DNA of 64,000 bases from Centroscyllium fabricii (taxonomy: Eukaryota): positions 68,200,001-68,264,000 of the forward strand of contig JBNRSN020000008.1 of NCBI GenBank assembly GCA_051313645.2. Reading direction: 5' to 3'. A model generated the notes under the pieces. It was not told the DNA's origin. It saw only the letters and a program-made list of their open reading frames with translations, and ran no database searches. Positions 48,201-58,924 of this stretch are shown in pieces. The position numbers and the translations under genes are program-made. Within the stretch, counting starts at the first letter, position 1; every line of letters begins with the position of its first letter.

Positions 48201-49878
48201 TCGGGGGTGCTGCGCTGAGCTGCGGTTTCTGACCGTGAGCGAGGGAAGGGTCCCACCGAACGCCATGGTAACACTCTGGAGGTGGCACTGGAAGTCCAGG
48301 CCCAGGAGTAATGGGGCGCAGAGCTGCGGCAGCACGAAAAAACTGAAATTATCGAAAAGCGCGCCCTGAACAGTTAGTGCTACTGCGCAACGCCCGGAGA
48401 CGTCCGCAGATTCTGACTTAGAAGCCATCGAAATTCTTTGGCGCGCTGGTATTACTTTAAGGGAGAGGCGCTGTACTGTATCAGGATTAATGAAACTCAC
48501 CGTGCTCCCACTGTCGAAAAGGCACACCACTTCTTGACCATTTACTTCAACCGGCATCATCGATTTTCCCAGCGATTGGGCCTTGTCCTGATCGAGAGTC
48601 ACTGATGCCAATATTGGGTCAGCCGATTCTTCTTGATCCGAAGAGTAGTCCTCCGGGGCCGGTCCCCAAGATGGCTGCCGCCATGCGGTGTACTGCGGAG
48701 GTGGTGGCTGAGTCCAATATGACGACTGCTGCCACGCGGGGTGCTGAGTGGGGGATGGGTGAGCCCAATATGGCTGCTCCCATGTTCCACACGCGGCGCT
48801 GCCCGGTTTCGGTTTTGTGGTTGCTCTACAGACCTTAGCATAGTGTCCTTTTTTTCCACATTTCGAGCAGGCCGCTTCTCTAGCCGGGCAGTTACGTCTC
48901 GGGTGCTGAGACTGCCCACAAAAGTAGCATTTAGCCGTCTTCGCGTGAGCGGCTGCGATCATTTCTTCTGCCGGCCGTTGCGCCGGCGCTATCCAAGATG
49001 GCGGGGCTGGGCCCGTATAGTTGCTGGAGTATGATGAGAGATTTAGCGAGGCCACATCCAGCGCGTTTCCCAGGTCCGCAGTTGCCTGCAGGTCAAGGCC
49101 GTTCTGCTCTAGCAGCCTCTGTCTTACATAGTCCGACCTGAGGCCTGTTACGTACGCATCTCTGATGAGACTGTCCACATGGACCGGGGCCGTTTGCGCT
49201 CTGCAGTCGCAGGCCCGCGAAAGTACTCTCAGCGCTCTTAGAAATTCCACACTGGACTCACCGGGTTGCTGCTTCCTGGTGGCAAGGATATGTCTAGCGT
49301 GGACGATATTGGGTGCCCAGTTGTACTCAGCTTTGAGGATCCTGATGGCATCCAAGTAGGATGATGCGTCCACGATCATGGAGTACACCTGAGGGCCCAC
49401 CCGGGCGTTGAGGAGCCGTCGTTTGTCCTCTTCGGTCACCACGACCGCTGCGTTCGCTTTTAGATACGCATCGAAGACACTGTGCCAGTGTGTGAAGGTA
49501 TTCGATGCACCTGGTGTTCGGGGATCCAATTCGAACGTCGCTGGCTTGAGCATGGTATCCATCTTCAAAATTTAGTGAATAAAATTGCAACCGAAATAAC
49601 GACCTCGAGGACGAGTAGTTAGATAGAGAAACAATGCGGCTTTTATTCACTAAAAGGTGGGACATACACCAGCTAGTCTACTGTCCCCAGGTATGGCCGG
49701 GGGATGGGAGGCTGCCACTTATATACCCCCTCCAGGGAGGGAGGAGTCATGGGCGGAGCCGACCTGGGCATGTCCCAGCAATCGTATCACTATACAGGTA
49801 CAGGTATTGGGTACGATTACATCTATACATGTAGATTAACTATATACATACAATACGATGATAAACAGGTTTATCACA
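45243..49878 (-). mobile_element. Gypsy LTR retrotransposon E5 (second lineage, no tRNA PBS)
   Basis: 293-bp LTRs at 45243-45535 and 49586-49878, 5-bp TSD CCGCC, PPT AAAGAAGGGGTGAA. Confidence 0.95.
45590..49562 (-). pseudogene. E5 gag-pol, frameshifted near 47001 and again near 46000
   Basis: Two CCHC knuckles, FDSGS protease, RT (DYSQTIN, YLDN), ESDAS RNase H, and an HHCC/DDE integrase with a Pro-rich tail. Confidence 0.9.
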
Positions 49879-50064
49879 CCGCCCATGTCACAACATTTAT
49901 ATTTTCTAATTGGGACTCGGGCATGCGGCTTTCTTAAAATTTTGATTTTGGAACATTATTTGGTGCATTTTCCAGTAATTTAGAATCCATAACAATCTTT
50001 TTCATCAAAAAAGAAAGGAACTTTAGTGTAAGACTGTTAAATTTTGCCTAGGTGCTTACTTCAT

Positions 50065-50540
50065 ATCGAGGGAGTGCAGCGAAGGTTCACCAGACTGATT
50101 CCTGGGATGGCAGGACTGTCGTATGCGGAGTGATTGGGTCGACTAGGCCTGTATTCACTAGAGTTTAGAAGAATGAGAGGGGATCTCATTTAAACATATA
50201 AAATTATGATAGGGCTAGACAGACTGGATGCAGGGAGGATGTTTGCCTGCGGGAGTAACCTTCCAGGCCCTATAAACTCGACCCCCCAAACTCGCACTTC
50301 CTCTGATTCAGGTCTCTGGCACATCACCCCATTCTCTGCCTCACAATCGGCAGCTGTGCTCTGAGCTTCCTAGTTCCCAGTCTCTGGAACTCCCTCCCTA
50401 AGCACCTGCATGTCTTCACTTCCCTCTCCTTCTTTAAGATCCTCCGTAAAACCCACCTTTGTCTAAATTGTTTTGTTACCCCTCCTAATTTTTCTTTCTT
50501 TGGCTCGATTTCTATTTTCCTACAGCACCTTTGGTGTTCT
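50065..50540 (+). mobile_element. Short CR1 fragment followed by an L2-like fragment
   Basis: EGVQRRFTRLIPGM...RRMRGDL, then sequence resembling 3780-3970. Confidence 0.6.
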
Positions 50541-50550
50541 TAGAGTCATA

Positions 50551-51737
50551 GGCCGTGAAATTGCCGCCTTAACGCCGACCCATTAGCACGGAAAATCGGC
50601 GCTAATGGGCCGGCGCAGACCTAGCGCCAAAATTAGTGCCGGGCGCTAAATTGGCCTAGTGATTAGCGCCGGCGCTAAACGTTAGTGCTGCACCGCCTGC
50701 AGCGGGTTTGAGTGGCCCTCTTCGGCCCGAGATTGGCCAGCTGATGAGGGAAGGGGGAGGCGCCCCGATCGGCCAGTTGATCAGAGAGCGGGGAGGGGGG
50801 AGGGAGGCCCGCGGCTGCTGATCAGAGTGCGAGGAGGGGGGAGGGAGGCCCGCGGCTGCTGCTCAGAGAGCGGGGACGGGGGGAGGGATGCTCGCGGCGG
50901 CTGATCAGAGAGCGGGGACGGGGGGAGGGATGACCGCTGTTGGCAGCTGGCCCGCAGTCGGCAGATGATCAGAGAGTGGGGAGGGAAAGATGCTGCTCTG
51001 CTTCCCCTTTAAGACCTAATCGGCTGTAGAGGTCATGGGGATGCTAGCAGTTAGTGAGGGAGCGCGGCGCCCGGGAACGGCCATTAGCGCCAAGATATGG
51101 TTCACCACAAACAGTACATGATGTCTCCACACCTCCCTTGGCATCTCCCAGATCTCTGACCACCTCCCTCGGCATCTCCCCGATCTCTGACCACCTCCCT
51201 CGGCATCTCCCCGACCTCTGACCACCTCTGTCTGCTTCTCCCCGATCTCTGAGCAGCTCCCTCGGCATCTCCCCGATCTCTGGCTGACCTCCATCTGCTT
51301 CTCCCTGATCTCTGAGCAGCTCCCTCGGCATCTCCCCGATCTCTGAGCAGCTCCCTCGGCATCTCCCCGATCTCTGGCCGACCTCCATCTGCTTCTCCCC
51401 GATCTCAGATGAAAAGGCTACCGAATGAAAGGGAGCAAGTGTCTCCCTTTAAGCAGCGCCGCATCGGCTCCACAGAGCCTCAGCAGCGCTTCGCAAAGCT
51501 GGCGCAGGCAGCGCTGCGCATGGGATAGTCGCACATAGGTGAATTTTGGGTGCAGCCCGGTGGGCAGGCGTTGCGCTAGGATATGCACAAGGATCGGCAG
51601 TCGGCAAGTAGCGCCGGAGCTAATCGCTTGGCGAATTTAGCGCCCGGTGCAAAAATTTCTGCGCCCGGCGCTAAAACCTCTAGCGCCCATTTTCGGGCAC
51701 TAAACGGTCGGCATTAGAGTGCCAATTTCTTTTTGCC
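50551..51737. mobile_element. Harbinger-type MITE inserted in a CR1 tail
   Basis: ggccgtgaaattg / caatttctttttgcc ends, TSD ATA, and subterminal tagcgcc repeats. Confidence 0.7.
50760..51410. repeat. Two internal minisatellites (about 40-bp G-rich at 50760-50990; about 31-bp C-rich at 51130-51410)
   Basis: Repeated gctgatcagagagcgggga...gggaggga and ctccctcggcatctccccgatctctga. Confidence 0.85.
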
Positions 51738-53185
51738 ATAGCATTTTACAGAGGCCCTTCGGCCCATCGTGTCCGCACCGGCCATCAAGCCCTGTCTATT
51801 CTAATCCCATTTTCCAGCATTTGGTCCGTAGCCTTGTATGCTATGGCATTTCAAGTGCTCATCCAAATCCTTCTTGAATGTTGTGAGCGTTACTGCCTCT
51901 ACCACCATTTCAGGCAGTGAGTTTCAGGTTCCAACCATCCTCTGGGTGAAAAAGGTCTTCCTCAAATCCCCTCTAAACCCCTGCCCCTTACTTTGAAACT
52001 ATGCCCCCTCGTTATTGACCCCTCCATCAAGGGAAAATGTTTCTTTCTATCTGCCCTATCTATGCCCATAATAATTTTGTACACCTCAATCAGGTCCCCC
52101 CTCGGCCTTCTCTGCTCCAAGGAAAACAACCCCAGCCTGTCCAGTCTTTCTTCATAGCTTAAACACTCCAGCCCAGGAAACATCCTGGTGAATCTCCTCT
52201 GCACCCTCCAAAGCTATTACATTCTTCCTATTGTGTGGCGACCAGAACTGCACACAGTACTCCAGCTGTGGCCTTACCAGCGTTTTGCAGAGCTCCATCA
52301 TAACCTCCCTGCTCTTATATTCTATGCCTCAGCTAATGAAGGCAAGTAGCTCATATGCCTTTTTAACCACCTTATCCACTCGTCCTGCTGCCTTCATGGA
52401 TCTATGTAAATGCACCCCAACGTCCCTCTGATCCTCTGTCTTTCCTAGGGTCTTACCATTCAGTGTATTCCCTTGCCTTGTTAGTCCTTCCAAAATGCAT
52501 CACCTCACACTTTTCAGGGTCAAATTCCATTTTCCACTGTTCCGCCCATCTGACCAACCCATCTATATCGTCCTGCAGACTGAGGCTTCCCTCCTCGCTA
52601 TTTACCACCCCACCAATTTTTGTGTCATCTGCGAACTTACTGATCATACCTTTTACATTCATATCCAAATCATTAATGCAGACTACAAACAGCCAGGGAC
52701 CCAGCACCGATCCCTGCGGTACCCCACTGGAAACCGGCTTCCAGTCACAAAAACAACCTTCGACCATCACCCTCTGCCTTCTGCCACTAAGCCAGTTTTG
52801 GATCCAATGTGCCAAGGTGCCCTGGATCCCATGGGCTCTTACCTTCTTGACCAGTCTCCTATGCGGGACTTTATCAAAAGCCTTACTGAAATCCATGTAT
52901 ACCACATCCACTGCACTACCCTCGTCCACACGCCTAGTCACCCCCCTTGAAAAATTCAATCAAATTGGTCAGACATGATCTTCCCTTGACAAAGCCATGC
53001 TGACTAGCCTTGATTATTCCTTGTCTCTCCAAGTGGAGACTAATTCTGTCCCTCAGAATTTTTTCCAATAATTTCCCTACCACTGATGTTAGGCTCACTG
53101 GTCTGTAATTACCAGGTTGATCCCTACTACCCTTCTTGAACAATGGTACTACGTTAGCTGTTCTCCAGTCCTCTGGCATCTTCTC
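51738..53185 (-). mobile_element. CR1 LINE fragment
   Basis: NYRPVSLTSV, DFSKAFDKV, GVPQGSVLGP and FADDTK motifs. Same subfamily as 22081-22885. Confidence 0.92.
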
Positions 53186-53556
53186 CGTTAAAACTTGCCA
53201 ACGTATAATTAGAGATTGAATTCGTGCTAGAATTTGTACCTAGTAGAAGACTAGATTAATAATGGATATTATGATGATCATACTGGATTGTGATATGCAC
53301 TAAATGCTATTATAAATCTATTTTCAATCTTGTGTATATATATTCAGATAGATTTTTCCAATTGATTATTTTGTCTTGGTGCATGAGTTTAATTAAATGT
53401 TGTTCTTCATTCATATGGCAAATTCTGTACAATAATATTGCAATCACAAAGTAATCATAAGCAAACATTCTATATCAGATTTCAATTTAAACTTTCATAT
53501 TTGAGAATTGGAAATGAGTCATTTTCATTTCTTTAATTTGAGAGTAAACACACTGT

Positions 53557-56500
53557 TGTAGCGCCGGCAGGCCTAGTGACCACACGTGAGCCAGAGCTTA
53601 GAGAAAACACAGCTTTAATCATCAACTACAGTACAAGAAAGAGAGAGAACCACTCGAGACAGGCATATTTAAACAGTCCCGCCGTTGGTGACGTCATCGC
53701 GTTGGCCGACGTGATGACGTAGTCGCGTCACCCGGATGAGCGGGGCTTTGCTCCGCAGAGTCCCCGTGGCGGATTCGATATCCCCGTGGGTGTACCACCA
53801 CACAGCTCCCCCCAGAATCCGTCCGGGAGGAATAGTGAAAGTGTCTATGTGTGCCGTTGGGGTGGCCGGATGATGCGGCCGGACCGTGTTGCTAGTAGTC
53901 TCTGGTTCTGCGGTGGAGTGTGGGCGGGTTTTGTTGCGGGAGGGCGACCGCGTTGAGGTGGTTGTGCGGGGACCGTGGTCTCGCCCGCTATCGCATGTGC
54001 CGGCTTGAGCCGGTCTATCGTTACAGTTTCAGTTCTGTTACCCAATTGTAAATCAAAAGTTTTAGCTCCCGCCCGAAGCACTCTGTAGGGGCCATCATAA
54101 GGTGGCTGTAGTGGAGATCGGTGTCCATCGCGCCGGACGAACACAAATTTAGCATTTTTAATGTCCTCCGGCACCCGAGCTGCCGGCTCTCTGTGCCAGG
54201 CCACTGGCAGTGGCTGGAAAGCTCGTGCCGGGTTTGCAAAGTCCTTTAAATACTGGTCGGCTGACCAGGGAGCGTTGGGCTCAGCCAGGAACTCGCCCGG
54301 CACCGTTAAAGCTTGGCCGTAGACGAGCTCCGCTGCTGAGGCGTTAAGGTCTTCTTTGACTGCCGAGCGCAGCCCGAGGAGGACCCATGGAAGGCGGTCG
54401 GTCCATGATGCATCTTTCAGGGTGGCCCGTAGTGATGCCTTCATCGAGCGGTGGAACCGTTCGCATAGGCCGTTCGCCTGTGGGTGGTATGCGGTGGTTC
54501 TGTGTAGTGTCACCACGAGGTCGCGGGCGATGGCCGCCCATAAAGTCGACGTAAACTGGGGTCCTCTGTCGGAGGTGATGTCTGTGGGCACGCCGAATCG
54601 GGTGACCCAGGTGGCGATAAACGCCCTGGCCAGGTCCGTGGTGCCGGTGGCGGTGAGGGGGACTGCTTCAGGCCAGCGAGTGTTGCGATCGACCATGGTC
54701 AATAGGTGTGTGTGGCCGCGAGATGGCGGTAGTGGCCCGACGAGGTCAATATGGACATGGTCAAAACGCCTGGCCGGTACCTTAAAATTTTCCAGCGGTG
54801 CCCTGATGTGCTTATGCACTTTGGAGCGCTGGCAGGCTATGCAGGAGCTGGCCCAGGCGCGGACGTCTTTGCGCAGGCCGCGCCATACGAAACGGGCCGA
54901 TATTAGCTTGATGGACGCGCGGGCGCCGGGGTGAGACAGGTCGTGGAGGGTCCTAAAGATATGTTGCCTCCAAGCGTGGGGCACGACGGGCCTGGGTTGC
55001 GGTAACGAAACGTCGCAGCAGACGACGGTGGCAGCCGTGCCGTGCGCGATTTTGGCCAAGTGTAGGCCGGGAAGATTAGTTGCTGCGTTAAGTAGGTCAG
55101 GGTCGGCCAGCTGGTCAGTGGCCAGCTGGGCGTAATCGACCGCCATTTGGACGGCGTTAATGGTGGGGCGTGAGAGGCAGTCAGCGACCACGTTGTCGCG
55201 GCCGGAAATGTGCTGAATGTCGGTTGTAAATTCCGACACGGCCGCGAGTTGGCGCTGCTGCCTGGCCGACCAGGGTTCAGCGACCTTAGCCATCGCAAAC
55301 GTGAGTGGCTTGTGGTCGCTGAAGGCTGTAAAGTGTCGGCCCTCCAAGAGGAAACGGAAATGTCGCACCGCCAGATGGAGAGCAAGTAGCTCCCTATCAA
55401 AGGCGCTGTATTTAACCTCTGGGGGCCGGAGTTGTCGGCTGAAAAAGGCCAGGGGCTGCCACGAGTCGCCGGTCCACTGTTCGAATACGGCCCCGACCGC
55501 GTGGTCGGAGGCGTCGGTGGTTAGGGCTACTCTGGCGTTGGGCCTAGGGTGGGCCAGGAGGGTGGCGTTTGCCAGGGCCGTTTTAGTTGCGGTAAAGGCG
55601 GTGGCGGTGTCGGCGGCCGTCCACACAACCGCAGCCTTGTTGGACTGCCCGCGGGTGGCCTGATATAATGGGGCCATGAGAGCGGCTGATCCGGGGATGA
55701 AGCGATTATAAAAGTTTACCATCCCTAAAAATTCCTGCAGCCCTTTAATAGTGTGCGGGCGAGGAAATTCCTGTACCGCCTGCACCTTGGAGGGCAGGGG
55801 AATGGCCCCTGTGGGCGAAATGCGGTGGCCGAGGAAGTCAATGGTCTCGAGGCCGAACCTACATTTGGTGGGGCTCAGGATAAGGCCGTGCTCAGTAAGG
55901 CGCTGGAACAGGGTCCTGAGGTGCAGGAGGTGTTCCTGGGGGGAGGTGCTGGCCACGAAGATATCGTCTAAGTAGACGAATATGAACTTCAAGTCCCTGA
56001 GGACTGAGTCCATGAGGCGCTGGAAGGCCTGGGCCGCGTTTTTGAGGCCGAAGGGCATCCTCAGAAATTCGAAGAGCCCGAAGGGGGTAATTACGGCCGT
56101 TTTAGGAATGTCCGCCGGGTGTACGGGCACCTGGTGGTAGCCACGCACCAGGTCGATCTTGGAAAAGATCGTACAACCTGCTAATCTGGCGGAAAAGTCC
56201 TGGATGTTGGGTACGGGGTACCTATCCGGGGTTGTGGCATTGTTGAAGCGGCGGTAGTCGCCGCAGGGGCGCCAACCTCCGTCGGGCTTGGGGGCTATGT
56301 GGAGAGGAGAGGCCCAGGGGCTGTTGGAGCGGCAGATTATACCGAGTTGCTCCATGGTGCGGAACTCGGTGAGCGCGATCTCCTGCTTGGCTGGGTCGAG
56401 CCTGTGGGCGTGGGCATGGATGGGGGGACCTGTGGTCGTTATAAAATGCTCTACCCCGTGTTTGGCCTTACGGGCGGTGAACGTGGGGTTGGTAAGGGCG

Positions 56501-58009
56501 GGGAACTCTGCCAGGAGTGTGCCGTAGGCATCGGGGTCCCTGGAGCGGCATTGGGCTGCCGCGTGGGCCAGGAGTGCGGGCCCTGTGGAGCATGGGATGG
56601 TCGTCATGGTGTTTAAATTCACCAGGCGGCACCGAGTTACATCGACCAGTAGGCCGTAGGCGCAGAGGAAGTCTGCCCCGAGGAGGGGAGAAGTGACCTG
56701 GGCCGTTACAAAATCCCAGGTGTACGCGTGGCTTGCAAGGGTAATGGTTAACTTGCGGGTGCCGTACGTTTTTATATTAGAGCCGTTGGCTGCCGCTAGT
56801 GGCGGGCCCCGGGTACCTCGTTTGGTTTCTGCAGGGGAGGCTGGCACGATGCTGTGCTGCGCGCCTGTGTCGCAGAGGAACCTGAGGCCTGTACCGCTGT
56901 CTGTGGCGAAGAGCAGTGCTCCTGTGTGGCCTACAGACATGGTGGGGGCTGAGTTGGGCCGTGGCTTAAACGCGTATGGCTGGACGCAGCGGTGCGCTTT
57001 GTGGTCGAACCGCGTGTGGTAGTAGCACCAGCGGGTGCTAGAGGGACGCGGTTGTCTGGGCGGGCGCGGGGCCCTAGGTTCAGGCGTAAAGTTGTGCCTG
57101 GGGGGTGAATAGCTGCGCTCTACCGATGCCGAGTTAGGGTCGCACGTGGTGGAGCGGGTGCGCTGCGCCTCCATCAGCCTGTCGGCTTCCTCACTGAGCT
57201 CATCGTCGCTACGATGGCCGAAGGCCGCCAAGGCCGGTCTGATGGCGCGGGGTAATTTGAGGAGGAAGACGGTGCGAAATCGGGAGGCCGGATTGGGTGT
57301 GAGCGCCTGCATCTGACCTAAGAGGTCCGATGGGTCTGTGTCCCTGAGTTCGGGGAGGTCGAGGAGCTGGCAGTCGCGCTCAAATTGAGAGGGGGTGAAT
57401 TTTTTAATAAGTGCAGCCTTAAGCGTTTCATACCTGCCTGCAGCGGGCACCCGCTGGATCTTTGACCACATCCTATCGATGGTCGTTTGTGGAAGGGCTG
57501 TGAACACCAAGTCGTAGCGGTCGTCCCCGTTGATGCCATGTGTGCGGCAGCTGGCCTCTATGCAGACAAACCAGGCCGCTGGCCGTTGCTCCCAGAACTC
57601 GGGTAAAGTAAGTCCGCGCCCGGCGTTCTGTCCAGCTCCTTGCGTTCGTGGAGCTTGATTTCTTGGGTTGACCATGTTTCTTTTAAAAAGTCTTTGGCTG
57701 GTGGTCCCAGATCCTGTGGCAGCTTTTTCTTCACTGGAAATTGTTCCAGTTCGGGGTCACCACTGTTGCGCCGGCAGGCCTAGTGACCACACGTGAGCCA
57801 GAGCTTAGAGAAAACACAGCTTTAATCATCAACTACAGTACAAGAAAGAGAGAGAACCACTCGAGACAGGCATATTTAAACGGTCCCGCCGTTGGTGACG
57901 TCATCGCGTCGGCCGACGTGATGACGTAGTCGCGTCACCCGGATGAGCGGGGCTTTGCTCCGCGGAGTCCCCGTGGCGGATTCGATATCCCCGTGGGTGT
58001 ACCGCCACA
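53557..58009 (-). mobile_element. Gypsy LTR retrotransposon E4, CsRn1-type, coding-intact
   Basis: 246-bp LTRs at 53557-53802 and 57764-58009, imperfect TSD CTGT/CAGT, PBS TGGTGACCCCGA. Confidence 0.95.
53845..57675 (-). CDS. Single-ORF Gag-Pol polyprotein (1276 aa)
   Basis: CHCC Gag, DTGA, YLDD, TDAS, HHCC-DDE integrase and GPY, with no interruption. Confidence 0.95.
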   Translation of the reverse strand: MVNPRNQAPRTQGAGQNAGRGLTLPEFWEQRPAAWFVCIEASCRTHGINGDDRYDLVFTALPQTTIDRMWSKIQRVPAAGRYETLKAALIKKFTPSQFERDCQLLDLPELRDTDPSDLLGQMQALTPNPASRFRTVFLLKLPRAIRPALAAFGHRSDDELSEEADRLMEAQRTRSTTCDPNSASVERSYSPPRHNFTPEPRAPRPPRQPRPSSTRWCYYHTRFDHKAHRCVQPYAFKPRPNSAPTMSVGHTGALLFATDSGTGLRFLCDTGAQHSIVPASPAETKRGTRGPPLAAANGSNIKTYGTRKLTITLASHAYTWDFVTAQVTSPLLGADFLCAYGLLVDVTRCRLVNLNTMTTIPCSTGPALLAHAAAQCRSRDPDAYGTLLAEFPALTNPTFTARKAKHGVEHFITTTGPPIHAHAHRLDPAKQEIALTEFRTMEQLGIICRSNSPWASPLHIAPKPDGGWRPCGDYRRFNNATTPDRYPVPNIQDFSARLAGCTIFSKIDLVRGYHQVPVHPADIPKTAVITPFGLFEFLRMPFGLKNAAQAFQRLMDSVLRDLKFIFVYLDDIFVASTSPQEHLLHLRTLFQRLTEHGLILSPTKCRFGLETIDFLGHRISPTGAIPLPSKVQAVQEFPRPHTIKGLQEFLGMVNFYNRFIPGSAALMAPLYQATRGQSNKAAVVWTAADTATAFTATKTALANATLLAHPRPNARVALTTDASDHAVGAVFEQWTGDSWQPLAFFSRQLRPPEVKYSAFDRELLALHLAVRHFRFLLEGRHFTAFSDHKPLTFAMAKVAEPWSARQQRQLAAVSEFTTDIQHISGRDNVVADCLSRPTINAVQMAVDYAQLATDQLADPDLLNAATNLPGLHLAKIAHGTAATVVCCDVSLPQPRPVVPHAWRQHIFRTLHDLSHPGARASIKLISARFVWRGLRKDVRAWASSCIACQRSKVHKHIRAPLENFKVPARRFDHVHIDLVGPLPPSRGHTHLLTMVDRNTRWPEAVPLTATGTTDLARAFIATWVTRFGVPTDITSDRGPQFTSTLWAAIARDLVVTLHRTTAYHPQANGLCERFHRSMKASLRATLKDASWTDRLPWVLLGLRSAVKEDLNASAAELVYGQALTVPGEFLAEPNAPWSADQYLKDFANPARAFQPLPVAWHREPAARVPEDIKNAKFVFVRRDGHRSPLQPPYDGPYRVLRAGAKTFDLQLGNRTETVTIDRLKPAHAIAGETTVPAQPPQRGRPPATKPAHTPPQNQRLLATRSGRIIRPPQRHT

Positions 58010-58924
58010 CAGTAACATTTAAGAAAAAAAAAAAGCACATTATAAAATCTTCAGAAGCTTGTGACCAAAAATAAATGCAACGTGTTCTACAAAGACATGT
58101 GCTGGATATGCAATTATGAATTAAAAATAGAAATACCCTGTACTGAAAATATAGAGGTTTAGGACAGAATGACTATTCGATGGAAAGATATTGTGAAGAA
58201 CAACTTTGATTTTAAATTGCTTACAAGTTTTAAATTTATATCCATATTGATATTGCCCTGCTGATTAAAATTATGAAAGTCAATGAGACACTGGTGTCTA
58301 ACCTATTTGCTATATATTGGTCTTCAAAGTCATTTTATTAAGTAAGGTTTTGTCATGGATAAAATTGAATGAATGCCCAGTATTCGCCCATGTATTGGGG
58401 ATGTTATCGCACTTGCCTAGCTAACAGGCCCCAGTAAATGGGCACTGGTGGACCGCAGACGTCTCATGGCGGGCAAATCTATAAATTATAATTATTTTTA
58501 GGTGCGGATTGATGTAATCCATGTGAAAGAGATAGGAGGACATTCCCCCCTCTCTCCCCGTATTCCCCTTTGTTTGTATCTTATGCATGTTCAATTAATA
58601 GTCAAAGCACTTGAAAATACTTATGTTTTTGAGCAAGCAAATAATAGCTGGTGCTTGACTCTGACAGAATCTAAAAGCCAAAAACGCCAAACCAGAGAAA
58701 AATAAAGTTTAGAATTAAATTTATTGACAGAGGGAAAAAAATGAAGTTACTACAGAATGAATTCACCATGATATGTTTATGAAGTTCCCGTCAGTGTAAC
58801 AATAACATTACATGTCATTCAGGTGACATATAAGGATCAATTTTCCTGGCCGTTCCACCCCAGGAAATGTCCATTTCCTCAGACACAAAGGTTCAGAAAA
58901 AGAGGCCGAGATCTGTTTTGCTGC

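Noticed and set aside
51130-51410. CRISPR-like array or repeat-protein ORFs
   Set aside because: A degenerate tandem repeat without unique spacers in eukaryotic DNA; the ORFs are repeat artefacts.
4598-57022. Many plus-strand ORFs recurring at the same positions in E1-E5
   Set aside because: They are antisense shadows of GC-rich gag-pol frames, with no motifs of their own and inconsistent lengths between copies.
4213-58009. Segmental duplication or assembly artefact explaining four similar Gypsy copies
   Set aside because: Each copy has its own TSD, flanks and diverged sequence.
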